Assembly: GCA_951406725.2 (NCBI GenBank)
Contig: OX597817.1
Coordinates: forward strand, 175,584,001-175,648,000
Source: Octopus vulgaris
Taxonomy: Eukaryota
Length of the DNA stretch: 64,000 bases
Direction: 5' to 3'
Position numbers and translations under genes: made by a program. This document shows positions 27,798 to 41,204 of the stretch, one piece after another (position 1 is the stretch's first letter; every line of letters starts with the position of its first letter). The notes under the pieces were generated by a model that saw nothing but the letters and a program-made list of their open reading frames with translations, did no database searches and was not told the DNA's origin.

Positions 27798-28414
27798 GTT
27801 AAACAGGAGTCAAACATTATGGAAGGCATATATCTCAACTCATAAACAAAATTACTATAGGAAGATGTTCAAAATATTACACCTGTTTCTAGGATATCCC
27901 CGAGTATGGGATATTCCGTCATCAGAGACAAATAGGGAAAAAATAGGGAAAATGAGAATGGTATATCTTAATAATATGACAACATACAGGAAGGGAGTAA
28001 AAGAATAAGGAGATGGAAAGAGAGAAGAAAAAAGAAGCATAAATGTTCATAGTTAAACTTTCCGAAGTTATAGAAACCAGAGCGTAAATCCTTAGGTGCA
28101 ATCCTGCGTAAGATCCAAGTGGGTTAAAATACTGATATAGTAGACATCTCAAGAAAAAGACGCGAACATATCTATGTTCAATGACAGAAGATTTTGAATT
28201 TCTTTCTATAATAATATTGTATATGACTTGAGATGCTTTCCTTGCTTTAATGTTTGTTGTCTTCTTTAAAAATCCTATATCCGCTGCATCGAAAATCTGC
28301 AATGGCTCCATAACTATCGTCTCGATTATAACCATGAAGTCCTAGTCATCCGTTACAGCACTGACCTAGTGTACCTAATCGTTTAGATCACCTGTGAACA
28401 ATACCCCTACACTT

Positions 28415-28486
<72 letters not shown>

Positions 28487-28719
28487 GGTTTCTGACTGAA
28501 GAACGAAGGCTTTGAATGACACGTTTGTCTTTTATGTTCGTCCCTTCGAGTATTTCACGTTATTTATTTATGTAAAGGTTTATTATATATATAATAAACT
28601 TTATGAAAATAGACAAAAGACGAAGGCAGGTTTACGGAAATAAACAAAAGACGAAGGCAGGTGGAATACAAACAAACAATTGTATTAGTATGGCGCTCAG
28701 GAAATATAAATAAAACAAG

Positions 28720-28757
28720 TCTTTAACGTTTCGAGCCTACGCTCTTCAACAGAAAGA
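28720..28757 (-). ncRNA. Minimal HHR-like motif (A6U, probably inactive)
   Basis: Reverse complement reads tcttt-CTGTTGA-a gagc gtag gctc-GAAA-cg-TT-aaaga. Downstream CCTGAGCG..AATAC..TTGT..TTCCAC is shared with ~9690-9720. Confidence 0.55.
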
Positions 28758-29217
28758 TACACAGAGAGAAAAAAAACACAGAAACAAGGAGAGAAAAAAA
28801 ATGCGTGCAGAGGCTAGCGAATCAACATGGCGATCTGATTTCGGCCAGAAGTCAAAGATCAAACGTGAGACGCAAGAGCGAAATTAGGGGAGATAATAGG
28901 GTTGAATGACCTCGCTCCAACATAAGAGTGTGTGTGTGTATGAGAAGAGTGTGTGTGTATGTATGAGAGAGTATTAGTGCGTATGAGAGGTCTGGACGTG
29001 TGTATGTATATATGATGTGATGTGTAAAGTCGTATGGTGTAGTGTAGAGAGATGAGATGAGGGAAGAGGGGGCAGGGTGAGGGGGGAGAAAGAAAGGGGA
29101 GAAGAGAAGGGGAGAAGAGGAGGGGAAAGGGGGAGAAGGAAGGAGAGGAGAAGAGGAGGGGAGATGTATGGAAAAAAGGTCAACGTAGAAAATGTTAAAT
29201 TAATTTTATAAAAACGT

Positions 29218-29257
29218 TTCAGTACCGGTTTCAGTCATTGAGACTTTTTCAACTGTA
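29218..29257 (-). ncRNA. Minimal HHR, U3-A8 variant, second family
   Basis: Reverse complement reads tacag-TTGAAAA-agtc tcaat gact-GAAA-ccgg-TA-ctgaa. Confidence 0.7.
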
Positions 29258-29401
29258 AGTATGGAAAACAATTAAATTTTGGAAAAATTAAATGAAAAGT
29301 ATTTAAAAAGAATATTTGCATAATATTCAAATACAAGGGGCATTTTCCTTGCTTCTGCCTGTCTCTGTCTCTCTTGTTTACTCTTGTGGGTTCGAGGTCG
29401 T

Positions 29402-29481
<80 letters not shown>

Positions 29482-29597
29482 TAGTAAAAAGTGAAAAAAC
29501 TACAGAAGGCTTGTTTTAAAAGGTTAAAAAATATATATTTGAGTCATTATGTCAGAAGAATGTTATAAATTTTTTTCATACAGTGACATAGTTTTTG

Positions 29598-29636
29598 AAG
29601 AAATTACCGGTTTCGTGTTAACTTTTCAAATTTCTC
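29598..29636 (-). ncRNA. Minimal HHR, U3-A8 variant
   Basis: Reverse complement reads gagaaat-TTGAAAA-gt taac ac-GAAA-ccgg-TA-atttctt. Confidence 0.75.
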
Positions 29637-29775
29637 AAAACATTGTGTTATGACTTCGTTATGAAGTTTAAAAAAGAGTTCCAGGTAAGGGGAGGTAATT
29701 AGGGATTTCTTCCGGTGTAAGGGAGATAATCGCTTTATATTTCTTGCCTTTTTTTACTTAATGGGGTGAGTTTCT

Positions 29776-30435
29776 CTATATAAGAATGTTAGAGTGGTTA
29801 AGTTTGGGCTTATATTTTTCAATGAAGAATGTTTCCTTGTTTAGTCTAATTTGTGTTGTCGTTCCAATAGCACATTGATAAAATGGAAAGATTAAAAATT
29901 GTGGTAGTAGTTGCTTTGCGCATTTCTCAATATGCTCACTAAAGGGTATCATTCTGTATTCTGGGAATGCAATCTGTTGTCGATGTAGTGTGCATCTACG
30001 TCTGAGTGATAGTCCCGTGGATCCCACGTAGTTTTGGTGGCAGCCCGAGCATCTTATAACATAAATTATGTTTTCAGAGGCACAAGTAAAATTAGATTTG
30101 ATCTTGAATTTTTGTCCCTCTTTGAAGAGGAATTCTGATCCTTCTAGAAGGTTTGGGCATGTTGCACATTTTGGTCTACTACATTTTTTTAGTTTTGCAT
30201 CCGTAATTTCAGAAAGCAATTTTGCCTTTGTGAGAATCTTTTTAAGTGATTTAGGTTGTTTGTAGCTTTTAATGACTTTATGTATGTTTAGAATTTCCTT
30301 TAATTTGGGGTCCTTATGAAGTATTGGTAAATTCTGGCTGATGATGGAGAAGGCTTCTTTGTTTCTAGGGTTGTATGTGGATATGTAAGGCAGTATTTTC
30401 GGGGAAGGTGTGTTGTTATGTTGAACTTTTCTCAA
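29776..30435 (-). pseudogene. PLE RT thumb/linker plus C-terminal GIY-YIG endonuclease (Neptune-like), 5'-truncated
   Basis: LPYISTYNP, linker knuckle CSRPKCATC, FTCASENIIYVIRCSGCHQNYVGSTG..RRRCTLHR..FSEH..RLNKETFFI (GIY-YIG with PLE-type C/H residues). Confidence 0.9.
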
Positions 30436-30596
30436 AGTTTCTATGTCGATTTCTGTTGCACGTCTGATCCCATCCTCTATGAGTTGAGCTGGTTAGTGTC
30501 TGTCAGTTAGGGTGTTTTTGAGTTCTTGTAGTCATTACCTCCCCTTACCTGGAACTCTTCGTTAAACTTCATAACGAAGTCATAACACAATGTTTT

Positions 30597-30635
30597 GAGA
30601 AATTTGAAAAGTTAACACGAAACCGGTAATTTCTT
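30597..30635 (+). ncRNA. Minimal HHR, U3-A8 variant (inverted pLTR)
   Basis: gagaaat-TTGAAAA-gt taac ac-GAAA-ccgg-TA-atttctt. Confidence 0.75.
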
Positions 30636-30790
30636 CAAAAAACTGTATGAAAAAAATTTTATAACATTCTTCTGACATAATGACTCAAATATATATTTTT
30701 TAACCTTTTAAAACAAGCCTTCTGTAGTTTTTTCACTTTTTACTATTTTCTATATATTCAACCACGTGCTTTCACGCACCAACTTTCTCA

Positions 30791-30826
<36 letters not shown>

Positions 30827-31446
30827 CATACATACATACATACATACATACATACATACATACATACATACATACATACATACATACATTCATACATACA
30901 TACTGTTCTACATACACAATCACACGCATGGGGAGAGGAAGAGAAAGATAGAGGAACAAGAGAGAGGTGAGAAGAAAAGAAAGAGAGTGAGAGATAAAAT
31001 ATTTCGTTGAAACTACTCAATACATCTTCATGTGAGGATATTACAAGTGTCACTTGTATGCTTCACATATATTTGCGATGTATCAACTAACCAGGTTTAC
31101 ATTTGGGGGTATAAATACTTTGAGCAGCAGTCAACCTTATGGTTGATTAGATTCTACGCAGATTGTTAAGTCTAACGGGGCAGAAGATGAATACAGATTA
31201 GTTTTCAGTGGATTGACGGATGTAAAACAGGCTTTTCGCCTGTCGGAAAATGATAATCTATTGGATGCCTGTTAGCAGTGAAATAAGATATATCTATATA
31301 TACCATCGGGCACTAAAAATATATAGATTTCTGCTGGGGATTCGATCCATGTATCTTCTAGTAATAATTCTAGCCGCTGCAAGTAAGGGAAAAAAGGGAA
31401 AAGTAATGCAGTTTTGATGTTACTAATTTCATTATATCATAAAGTT

Positions 31447-31832
31447 AGGTGGCAGAATCGTAACAGCGCCGGACAAAATGCTTGGCGGCATTTCGTCTGC
31501 CGTTACGTTCTGAGTTCAAAATCCGCCGAGGTCGACTTTGCCTTTTATCCTTTCGGGATCGATTAAATAAGTACCATTTACGCATTGGGGTCGATGTAAT
31601 CGACATAATCCGTTTGTCTGTCCTTGTTCATCCTCTCTGTGTTTAGCCCCTTGTGGGTAGTAAAGAAATGGGTATTTCGTGAGTCTTTACTTTCTGATTT
31701 CAAATCCTGCCGGGGTTGATTTTCTTTCATTTTTTCGGGGGTCGATAAAATAAGTACCAGTTGAACAATGGGACCGATTTAATCGACTTATCCACTTCCC
31801 CAAACCAGTTGGCCTTTAGCCATTTGAAACCA
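31447..31832 (+). mobile_element. Family A SINE, compound copy
   Basis: Family A consensus with a second core after the tail. Confidence 0.8.
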
Positions 31833-31849
31833 TTATATCGTGAAGGTGC

Positions 31850-32141
31850 GTAGCTCACGATCGTAGGGTCCTGAGTTCAATTTCTGGTGCTGCATTGTAC
31901 GCTTGAGCAAGACACTTTATTTCAGGTTGCTCCAGTTCACTCAGCTGGCAAAATGCGTTGTACCTGTATTCAAAAGAATCAGCTTTAACACATTCTGTGT
32001 CATGCTGAATTGACCTGAGAACTACGTTAAGAGTACGCGTGTCTGTGGAGTGCTCAGCCTCTTGCAAGTTAATTTGATGAGCAAGCTGTTCCGTTGATCG
32101 GATTAACTGGAACTCTCGTCGTCGTAACCGACGGAGTGCCT
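31850..32141 (+). mobile_element. Third SINE family (tRNA head, CORE-like CTTGAGCAAGACACTT)
   Basis: GAGTTCAATT B-box-like. Fragments of the same family at ~25908-25960 and ~32480-32560 (minus). Confidence 0.6.
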
Positions 32142-33199
32142 TTCATTTTTTTAAATCTCATTATCATTCGTAAAATCTGAGAACTAGTGTCGATGCAATC
32201 GACTATATCACTCTCTGAAAATTTCAGGCCTTGTACCTATGGTAGAAAGGAAAGAATTGCGATTCATATGTTTAAGGTATCGTGCTGGCTGGGTCGTTAG
32301 CATGTCGGACAAAATGCTTAGCTGCATTTCTTTCGACTTTATCTTCTAAGTTCAAATTCCGCTATGGTCGACTTTGCCGTTCATCCTTTCGCAGTCCTTG
32401 AAGAAATTATCAGTTAATATAATTGGGGTCGATGTAATCGACTAGTCAACCCCACCACTCCCCACAAATTCCGGGTCATGACGATGAACACTCGATTGTT
32501 CGACCAGCTCTATTCTTCCTCGTGAAATAAGCATCTAAGCAGTTGAGTATTCCACAGATAAGTCAACGCAACTAAGCCGAATGACAGCGCGAGGCAAGGT
32601 TACATCATGAGACCTTTGAACTATGCATACAATTCAGAAAGAGAAAGACAGAAAGAAGAATCGACTTCAGACTTACACTTCATTTATTGATCCCGCATAG
32701 ATGAAAGACAAGGTTGACGACGGCGGGATTTGAACTCCGAGCGATAAGTACCGGAAAGAAAATCAAAACGCATTCTATCCCATACTCCAGCGAGTTTGCC
32801 AACACGCCACTTTATGCACGCCTATATAATATATTCGACGGTATAAAAAGAAGAAAAATTGCGCATACACCGGAACAGAAATATTTATACTAATATTTAT
32901 ATTTGCTATAAGTCGTAAACACCTCCATTACTCTCCATTACCCAACTTGTACCATACAATTGATTACTTCATCACAAATACATCTGGTTTGCATTGAATT
33001 TGCTTAGCAACTTTCTTTATAAACGTATATATGAGTGACTGTAGTACTATAGTATAGGAAGTGATAAATTGGTGTTGGTAGAATCGACATTCGATATCAG
33101 TAACTTTTCGTCTTTTTCGATATCAGTGACTTTTCATCACTGGAAAAAGGATGCATATTTGCAAAGGGACCCTACTTTTCATCGACAACCAGTGATTGT

Positions 33200-33244
33200 C
33201 ATACGCTGATGACGGGTCAATACCCAGAAACTCGAGTCCGTGTG
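33200..33244 (+). ncRNA. Canonical minimal type I HHR
   Basis: catacg-CTGATGA-c gggt caat accc a-GAAA-c tcga g-TC-cgtgtg with a 6-bp stem I, palindromic CTCGAG stem/loop III and GUC site. Confidence 0.85.
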
Positions 33245-34305
33245 TATCATATGTTAAATACGGGAAGGATGGCTTCCTTTTGCAAATACTGATAGGGCAC
33301 AGAAAGTGTGTCAATAGCCAGATGGAGGAGGTGTCCTCCTGGGGCTACAAGCTACAGTAGCATCCACCCTTAGGGGTCAGCCACATTTAAGTGGCAAATA
33401 TACTTCACGATGTGTTGCAGCTACTGTTTATGCCTCGTTCAGAGATTTAGTATTGCTTGTTTACACATCCCCCTACAAAATATGATCCCTGATATTTGTA
33501 GTTAAAAGAAATTTCTTCCATCCTTTTAGTAAAAGGTATTGGAGGGGTTGAAAGCCTAATTTTTAATCGTTTATTGATCTGTTATTTTTGCTACATACTC
33601 CCACATGACAGAGTAGGACTCAATAGAATAAGCACCAGCAATTTGCATTGATTACTTTAATTGTTTACATGATCTCGTACACAGCAACCATATCACATTA
33701 AAAAAACCTCTCATTTGCCTTGAGATTTGCGTTATGAGTTCACGTATATTAAAGAAATTAGTCAACAGGATAACTTTACGCGATCATTTGACCAGCAAGA
33801 AGTAACAGCCAAATATATGTCAACTCATGCCCTACCATCTTTCAAACATGTATAGGAACATGCATTGAACTATGCAGTCCAATATACAGTATGCCTGTGA
33901 TAATACGAGATGGTCATGGTGAGAAGACTTTGACTATATCTCAGTCAAACACAACTCATTTATAGCTAAACAATGACTATGAAGAATTGGTTTTGGTTCA
34001 TGCTTTAAACTTTGAAGAGAAAAACTAGCGAATCATAATCGGGCAAACATTTTTACGGATCCTTCCTGAAAATATTCACTTTGACAGTTCTCTTTTCGTT
34101 CTGGTTAATTTAGTTACCTGAGAATATTTCATTGAAGCTGCCTCGATGGAAATCGAGATTATAGTCTGATTAAGCTACAAATATTTGTTAATCAATATTA
34201 TTACGATTTATCCAGTGTTGATGAATTAGCGGTGAAGCTTTTAGATTCCTTATGTATTCATCACGTATTCATTCATGTATAATCGTTTCGACATTACAGC
34301 ATCGC

Positions 34306-34446
34306 CGCCACCACCACCACCATCACCACCACCACCACCACCACCACCACCACCACCACCACCACCACCACCACCACCACCACCACCACCACCACTACTA
34401 CTACTACTACTGCTACCACCATCACCACAACCACTACTACTACTAC
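34306..34446. repeat. (CAC)n/(TAC)n microsatellite whose flanks are duplicated at ~37310-37441
   Basis: TGTATTCATCACGTAT..AATCGTTTCGACATTACAGCA and TTGTAATAGAT present at both sites. Confidence 0.8.
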
Positions 34447-34805
34447 TTGTAATAGATTTATTAATCGCTTTCCCAAAGTTTCACAATACTGTATCTAAGT
34501 GCTTCTGTTAAACACGCTGAGCTGTTAAATACAGTTGTTGCCTATTTTGGTTAATCTTAATGGTGACCAGTAAGCAGCAACTTGTACATACCACACCGTA
34601 TCTTGTTTAGACAAATTTCCGAATTCACATCCCATTAGGTTTCACTTCGTCTTTATTTGCCAGTGAACCCGTTCATAGAAGAAAAGACAACCCTTTTAGG
34701 AAAGAATATAATTTACAGAAGCATCAAATTTACCTTCAGCATGACATCACTTTTTGTTTTCAATAGCATCTGTGGCGCAACCCTTCGTATATCAAACACA
34801 TACAT

Positions 34806-35176
34806 ACTTGTTTCAGTCATTTGACTGCGGTCATGCTGGAGCAACGCCTTTAGTCGAGCAAATCGACACCAGGACTTATTCTTTTGTAAGCGTAGTATTT
34901 ATTCTATTGGTCTCTTTTGCCGAACCGCTAAGTTACGGGGACGTAAACACATCAGCATCGGTTGTCAAGCGATGCTGGAAGGACAAACACAGATACACAT
35001 ATATACATATATACGACAGGCTTCTTTCAGTTTCCGTCTACCAAATCCATTCACAAGGCTTTGGTCGGCCCGAGGCTATAATAGAAGACACTTGCCCAAG
35101 GTGCCACGCAGTGGGACTGAACCTGGAACCATGTGGTTGGTAAGCAAGCTACTTACCACACGGCCACTCCTGCGCC
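34806..35176 (-). mobile_element. Family B SINE
   Basis: Reverse complement of the 20740-21150 consensus. Confidence 0.85.
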
Positions 35177-35604
35177 TATATACATACATACATGCATATA
35201 TAGATACATACATGCATACACACATACATACGCACACGCGCGCTCACAGACATACACATACACACACACACGTTGCTGTATATCTATATAACAGTATGTT
35301 CCTCATACCTATATGTATTTAGTACCACTCTGAAAATAATCCTCTAACCTCTTTTTCGGAAGTTCGGGATGACGAACTAACTGATTGATTTCATTGTTAC
35401 AGGAACTACTTATTACTCCTACCGAAGAAGTCGAGGCGAAGAATACCTATTAAAATGTATACAATTATGGACCTACGCAAAACAATTATGCATATACGCA
35501 CAAAAAAATCCTACCATATTTTAGACGGCTACTAGCATGGCACTAGTGAAGTTAGTAGCAGTATTTTCATGTAATTAATGCTTTTCTGTTTTCGCTTTAT
35601 TTCT

Positions 35605-35752
35605 TTATTGTTCACAAGGGGACAAACAGGGGCAGACAAAGGGATTAAGTCGATTACATCTACTACAGTGCGTAACTGGTACTTAATTTATGACCCCGAA
35701 AGGATGAAAGGCAAAGTAAACCTCGGCGGAATTTGAACTCACAACGTAACGG
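35605..35752 (-). mobile_element. Family A SINE, 5'-truncated
   Basis: Core and tail of family A. Confidence 0.75.
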
Positions 35753-37360
35753 CTTGTCATTGCCATCCTGATCTGGATTGATGCACGCCATCAGTTTACT
35801 GTTAAAACGTTTATCAAGAACAGTGAAACTAGGGGGAGGGGCGATTGAGGAATATGTGGAAAATAATCTTGATAGTCAGGTTCTGATGAACCCCATTTTT
35901 ATTGACAGTCGAGAGTGGCCTTCGCAGGTGGCTGCACTGGTACTGGAAAGAAAATATTTTTTCCACAGGTCAAGATCCTTCTCAAAGGAGGAATACAGAT
36001 TACTTTCTTTTTTGGCTGCGATTGGTGGTTGCAGGAATACCCGCAGGCCGCAAAAGAGTTAATTGAGGGAGTAATGCAAGAGGTTTATCGCCCCCGTATG
36101 TATAAAATTTGTTTCCTTTATGATGGACTTCTAGTCCAATTTTTTGTATATATTTGTAAGAGGTTTAATACCTCTGTATATGTTCTTTTTAACGAACAAT
36201 GTTTTAGAGAAGTAGGGGGTCGGCGTTGCGCTTTCTGTCTTCTTCTATTTTTATCATTTTGTAGGATTATCATTCGCCTCATTAAATTCTTGTCCAGCCC
36301 GCAAAGCCACATATCTGTGTACTGCCTTTATGGCAAATGATATAAAATAAAATAAAATAAAGTACGATGAAAGTAGGAAAGTGTTTTTTTTTGTACCCTG
36401 TATAATTTCGTATAAATATTTATATAGTTATTCATAAACCTTACTGAATTGTTGCTCTAATTATTATAACAGCACCATTAATGTAGCAGAATTCAATCAA
36501 TCAATTATACTTGCTCCCTTTACAAAATGTGTTGTGTACCTGGTCAAACGAAAGAAAACGGTACGCAGCATGGCCTTCGCTGTAAAGTAAGAAATCACAA
36601 CTGCTGTGTACTGGCTTGAGGACTGTATCCCTTGCTGCTTCGAGTTAATATATCTAAGTTATATAATTAACACACTTGAAAATAAAGACAACGTCACAAA
36701 ATTTCGTTTCCGTTTTCCACGAATCTCATTCCTTATTTTCTAAAAATTCTTTATGCCTTGTTCCTAAGAAAGAATTGAATAATGCGGAGCGACCAATCGA
36801 GTCTGTAGGCTATAACTAAGGTATTGATAAGACAATTAGACAATTTAGCAATTCCGTTTCGATTCTAGGTTGTGTCATTTTCGTTTCACTGACGTTGCTA
36901 ATTTAGATTAGAAAGCTATGAGCATTACATAATTAACTTACCTCTCCACTGAAAAATTAGATTCTGCGCCATCAGAAATAATACTTCTAAGTTAGAGATA
37001 GTTTGTTATATAGAGATTTCTTAATCGTGAATTAAACGTTAAGTTAGAAAGTTGAGATAATCAGAAGTGGTGATGACCATGTATTCTCCCATTGGCATTA
37101 TCCTTCTTTGAAACAGAAATTCTCCGGTTGGGAAAGATGATACGTCAATGAATATAATTTACAAAAGCTTCAAATATTTTATAAGTAAAATACTGTTACA
37201 GTACTTTACTCAATAAGATTTGTGGTACATCCTTGTTTACACAAGGCTGCAGGCAAAACATATCCACAACTTCCAAATGAATTAGCGCGCAAGCTTCCAG
37301 ATTTCTTGTGTATTCATCACGTATCCATTCATATATAATCGTTTCGACATTACAGCAACG

Positions 37361-37432
<72 letters not shown>

Positions 37433-39019
37433 GTAATAGATATTATTACTATAAATTTAAAGTTTCGATAACTCTTTCAAGTATGTAATAAACCTACGGT
37501 ATTACTTCATTGTTATAATTTAATCAACAGAAAGTAATTACTCTTCAACAAGCGAACACATGAATTTGATTTATCGGTAACAAGTGGCTACAGACAAGGC
37601 CACGTAGCTAACAAGTTCGCTTCCCAACTGTATAATTTATAGTTCAATTCCACTGCCCAGTATCGTAAACAAATATCTTCTATCGTAGCTTTCGGTTGAC
37701 GAAAACCTTGTGCGTGGAAGATGGTAGAACGGAAACTGTGTAGAGGCATTTCTGTAATACCGTTTCCGGTTCCACATGTCTAAGTGGCCCTTCGGTACTT
37801 TAGTTTGAATACACCTTGCAAATGTCCGGGCGAGGTCTTTGATGCATGTTTGTGTATGAAGGAGCAACACTCTAATTTTGATCACATATTATGTAGAAAG
37901 TCTGCAACGGTTAAAGCTTGAGTATTTTCAAGACAGAATTATCCCAACTGTTTTTTTTATCAATGTTATCACTTGGTTTGCTCTTCAATTTCTTAATCTT
38001 TTACTTGCAGATATAAATGGCAGAAAGAGAACGTCGTTACCGTCTCCGTTTTCTCTTTCCTCTTTATTGTTCTTCCTTTAATAACTGCGCATCCAATTTA
38101 GCACTCGTTAATTCGCTATTTCATTCGCTGTTCCTTTGAAGACATGTTATTCAGTCTAATATCTGAATAAGAAATTCAGAATCATTTATCCTCGTACATT
38201 AAAAAAATCTGGTCACTTCACTTTTGATGGTGATTAGGATAAATACTGAAAATCATATTTCACCGCCATCAATGAAGTGCTGCCATTAGATTTGTAACTG
38301 TTTGAGTCAACACTTTATTTGGAAATTCAACAGTTTTCTTTAGATTTTTTTCTAACCATACAAAAAAAAACGACTACTTTTGGCTTTAAAAGTTTTGTTT
38401 GTACACTGATGCCTTTGCACATTTTAAAATCTATTCATTTGATTATTTGTTGAACATAAAAAATACCTAATACAGAAATTTAGTTGCTTTGGGGAAAGTT
38501 ATAATGGACGTATAATCTTCAGAGGTTTTCATTTTCTCAACTTATCTTTTATTCCCATGAAGATATATTTTGCATTTTGCGCGCAGTAGAGCTGTGGATT
38601 TCTTTCGCCTGTTGTATATAGTACTTGACTGGTTCTTTGTTTTCTCAATCCTGAAAGGATTAAAGGTTAGGTAGATCTTCGCGGGACTGAAATTCAGAAC
38701 CAAAATGACCATAACTGAATTCCGTATTATATTTTATTCGACGCTGTACTGAACCAGATAATTCAGCACCCAAAACTTAAGCGCGATACGTAAAAGAGTA
38801 AAAAGGTCACATTCTGTACACGACAGAATGTTTATTAAGTGTATACACATGTGCAATGTCAGAAAGTACGTAAACCAGTTATGCAATTTTGAGACATAGT
38901 TTTCAGAAAATAGAAATTATGAGCGTTTTGTTTCTGATGTTGCACTATCATTACATTATATTTAGTTTTACTATATTGTTGTATCTGGAGAAATAGGTAA
39001 TGCCTATGGCTTTCGGAGT

Positions 39020-39330
39020 CCCTCCTAGACTGGAGCGATTAATGTTATTAAGGTTCCCTTTGAAATGTTGTAACTCAACACAAGTAGGCAAGACATGAAC
39101 AAAGAGGGAATTGTAGAGGGCCGACGTTCTACAGGGGAAGGAGTGGGAGTAGTGATTAGTGCATGGCTTGGGCTTGGGGATGGAGTGACATAACAGAGGT
39201 GATGAGAGGGGAAGTGAGAAATGGGAGAGAAATCTTTGAGCGCATGTGGCGAGAGCAGGGGCCATTATAGAATCAGTAGAAAAGGCAGAGAGAAGCGATA
39301 GCAGTCTGTGGTCCGGAGAATTTAGTGTGC
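39020..39330 (-). mobile_element. CR1/Jockey-like LINE 3' remnant
   Basis: HSFPCRTSALYNSL..VLPTCVELQHFKGNLN resembles the SFFPRTxxLWNSLP..LxxFK C-terminus of LINE ORF2. Confidence 0.55.
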
Positions 39331-40507
39331 CCGTAACTTAGTATGTTTAAATATATGAAGTGTGATAATGATTGCAGTACTAGTTATATAGTTCTTAAGA
39401 TAACAAATAGTGGAAACAACAGCAACGCATCGTTAATAATTGCCATATAATAGTCCTCATCTGTAAGAGATGCCAGCGAACCGTTCTTAAATTCTACAAA
39501 ATAAATATATGAAACCATAAGTATAAAATATATGGAGACTCTAAAACTACAAACAAAATTGCTGTTAAAATGTAACACATTTAAATCATGAAAGTATTAA
39601 CTTCCTCTGATTAGCTTACAAGACCAAAGTTAGTCCGAATGCGTGTATACACAAGTGGGTTTATTTTCTAAAACACAACTGAATATTAACTTACCAGTTC
39701 AAAAAAGATGAAAAGCAAAGGCAGCTATCACAGCATTCACATTCAATTTGCAGGAGACTGAAGTTTAAAATCTTTAGGATGTCAGTCTAGCTCCCTTCTG
39801 TTTCAGAGAGCAAGACGCACACGAGCCATCGAGACCAGCTTCTAGATGACCGTCCAATAAAATGAGAGTCAAATTTCCCTGAAGTCACACTACACCGTCT
39901 TAGATGAGGGAAAAACGTATTAGATACGCTAAACCAGCAAACACAGCGGTATACTTACAGCCGAAATGGCGTTGATTATAAACAGGCTTAATCACGAGTG
40001 ACCTGACGACGAGAGGATAAATAACAACTACAACGAAAAGAGTATCAGCAATTCGAAGAGAATGGCAAAAAATCTCGGAAAGTTTCCGAGGGCAGGCAAA
40101 AGAGTGACTTGGGTTTTAATTTCACTACGCTGCAACTTTGGAGAAATCTTTTGACCCATAACTTCGGAACTATTAAAGTCTTGTTGAATCTGAATGAAAT
40201 ATAATAGACGTAACATTTGCTAAATGTCATCTGACAAACTCTGTGTTTTTTTTCTTTTCCTTTGTCCTTTTTATTTGCAGATAATATGTCGTTCGGTATA
40301 ACACCACCATCATCTGGCCGGTAGATGCATTTAGCAGGGTGCTCTTAATGGCAGACATTTCAACCAGGTGTTCGGTCTGAGAATAACATTCTCGCTTTTT
40401 TTCCCACTTGCTTTGGAGAAGCTGCGAGAGTACAAGAATACTACCCAGCTTCTTCTGACGAGGTCATAGAAATTATTGCAACACAGTCTCCTGTGTTACA
40501 CAGACTT

Positions 40508-40585
<78 letters not shown>

Positions 40586-40590
40586 GTGTA

Positions 40591-41190
40591 CACACTGCTG
40601 GAAAAAATCTTAAGGCCAGTGAAAAAATTGCCGAAATGAAGAACTCTTTGCAGACTGATATATTCAACTATTTTTCATTATAGATTCTTAATTGGCAAAT
40701 AGAAAAGGATATACGAAAACCCAAAGAAATGTTTAACATTTAACGCAGAAAATTTGCTTTGTATGAAAACGGTGAATATTTTGCCTGGTCAAAAGCTTAA
40801 GACCATGACAACTATCAAACAAAAACAATGAATAAATTGTAAGCAAGAGGACTCAATAGTTAGTAGTTCCACCACTCCTGCGAATATCTCTAAAAAGTCA
40901 CTGTGACTTACTTGACACCAGCTTTTGCAGGAGATTCACTGGGATGTTACACCACGTGGTGAAGACTGCCGGGCGAAAAGCATCCGCAGTCTCAAATTAC
41001 ATTCCATTTTTGTAAATTCTTTTGCCATCCGTCCCCAAAGATGTTTTTAACCATCCTCCATGTCAGGAGAACATGGAGAATGATTTAAAAAATGAACGTC
41101 ATTTGTTCTGAAGCAGTCTCTTGGCCTGCCAGCAATATAAGTTGTAGCATTATCATATTGATAAATCCCGCCTTCTCCACACAAACGATT
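40591..41190 (-). mobile_element. Degenerate Tc1-like transposon 3' remnant
   Basis: IYQYDNATTY..NDVHFLNHSPCSPD (QDNA..WPxxSPD) and a terminal TA-CACACTGCTGGAAAAAATCTTAAGGCCA whose CTTAAG-CCA motif recurs at ~40796. Confidence 0.6.
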
Positions 41191-41204
41191 ACATATAAAT
41201 TGAC

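Larger units (their letters stand above)
29476..30792 (-). mobile_element. 5'-truncated Penelope-like element with inverted pLTR (copy 2)
   Basis: Sense pLTR at 29476-29700, ORF remnant to ~30530, inverted pLTR at 30533-30792, flanked by (TA)n(GA)n and (TA)n. Confidence 0.9.

Noticed and set aside
35778-36402. Possible Tc1/maT remnant ending in ACCCTG-TA
   Set aside because: No convincing transposase motif in translation
40240-40325. Strong polypyrimidine/AG acceptor, a possible plus-strand exon
   Set aside because: No recognisable peptide or partner exons, so it cannot be supported without RNA data
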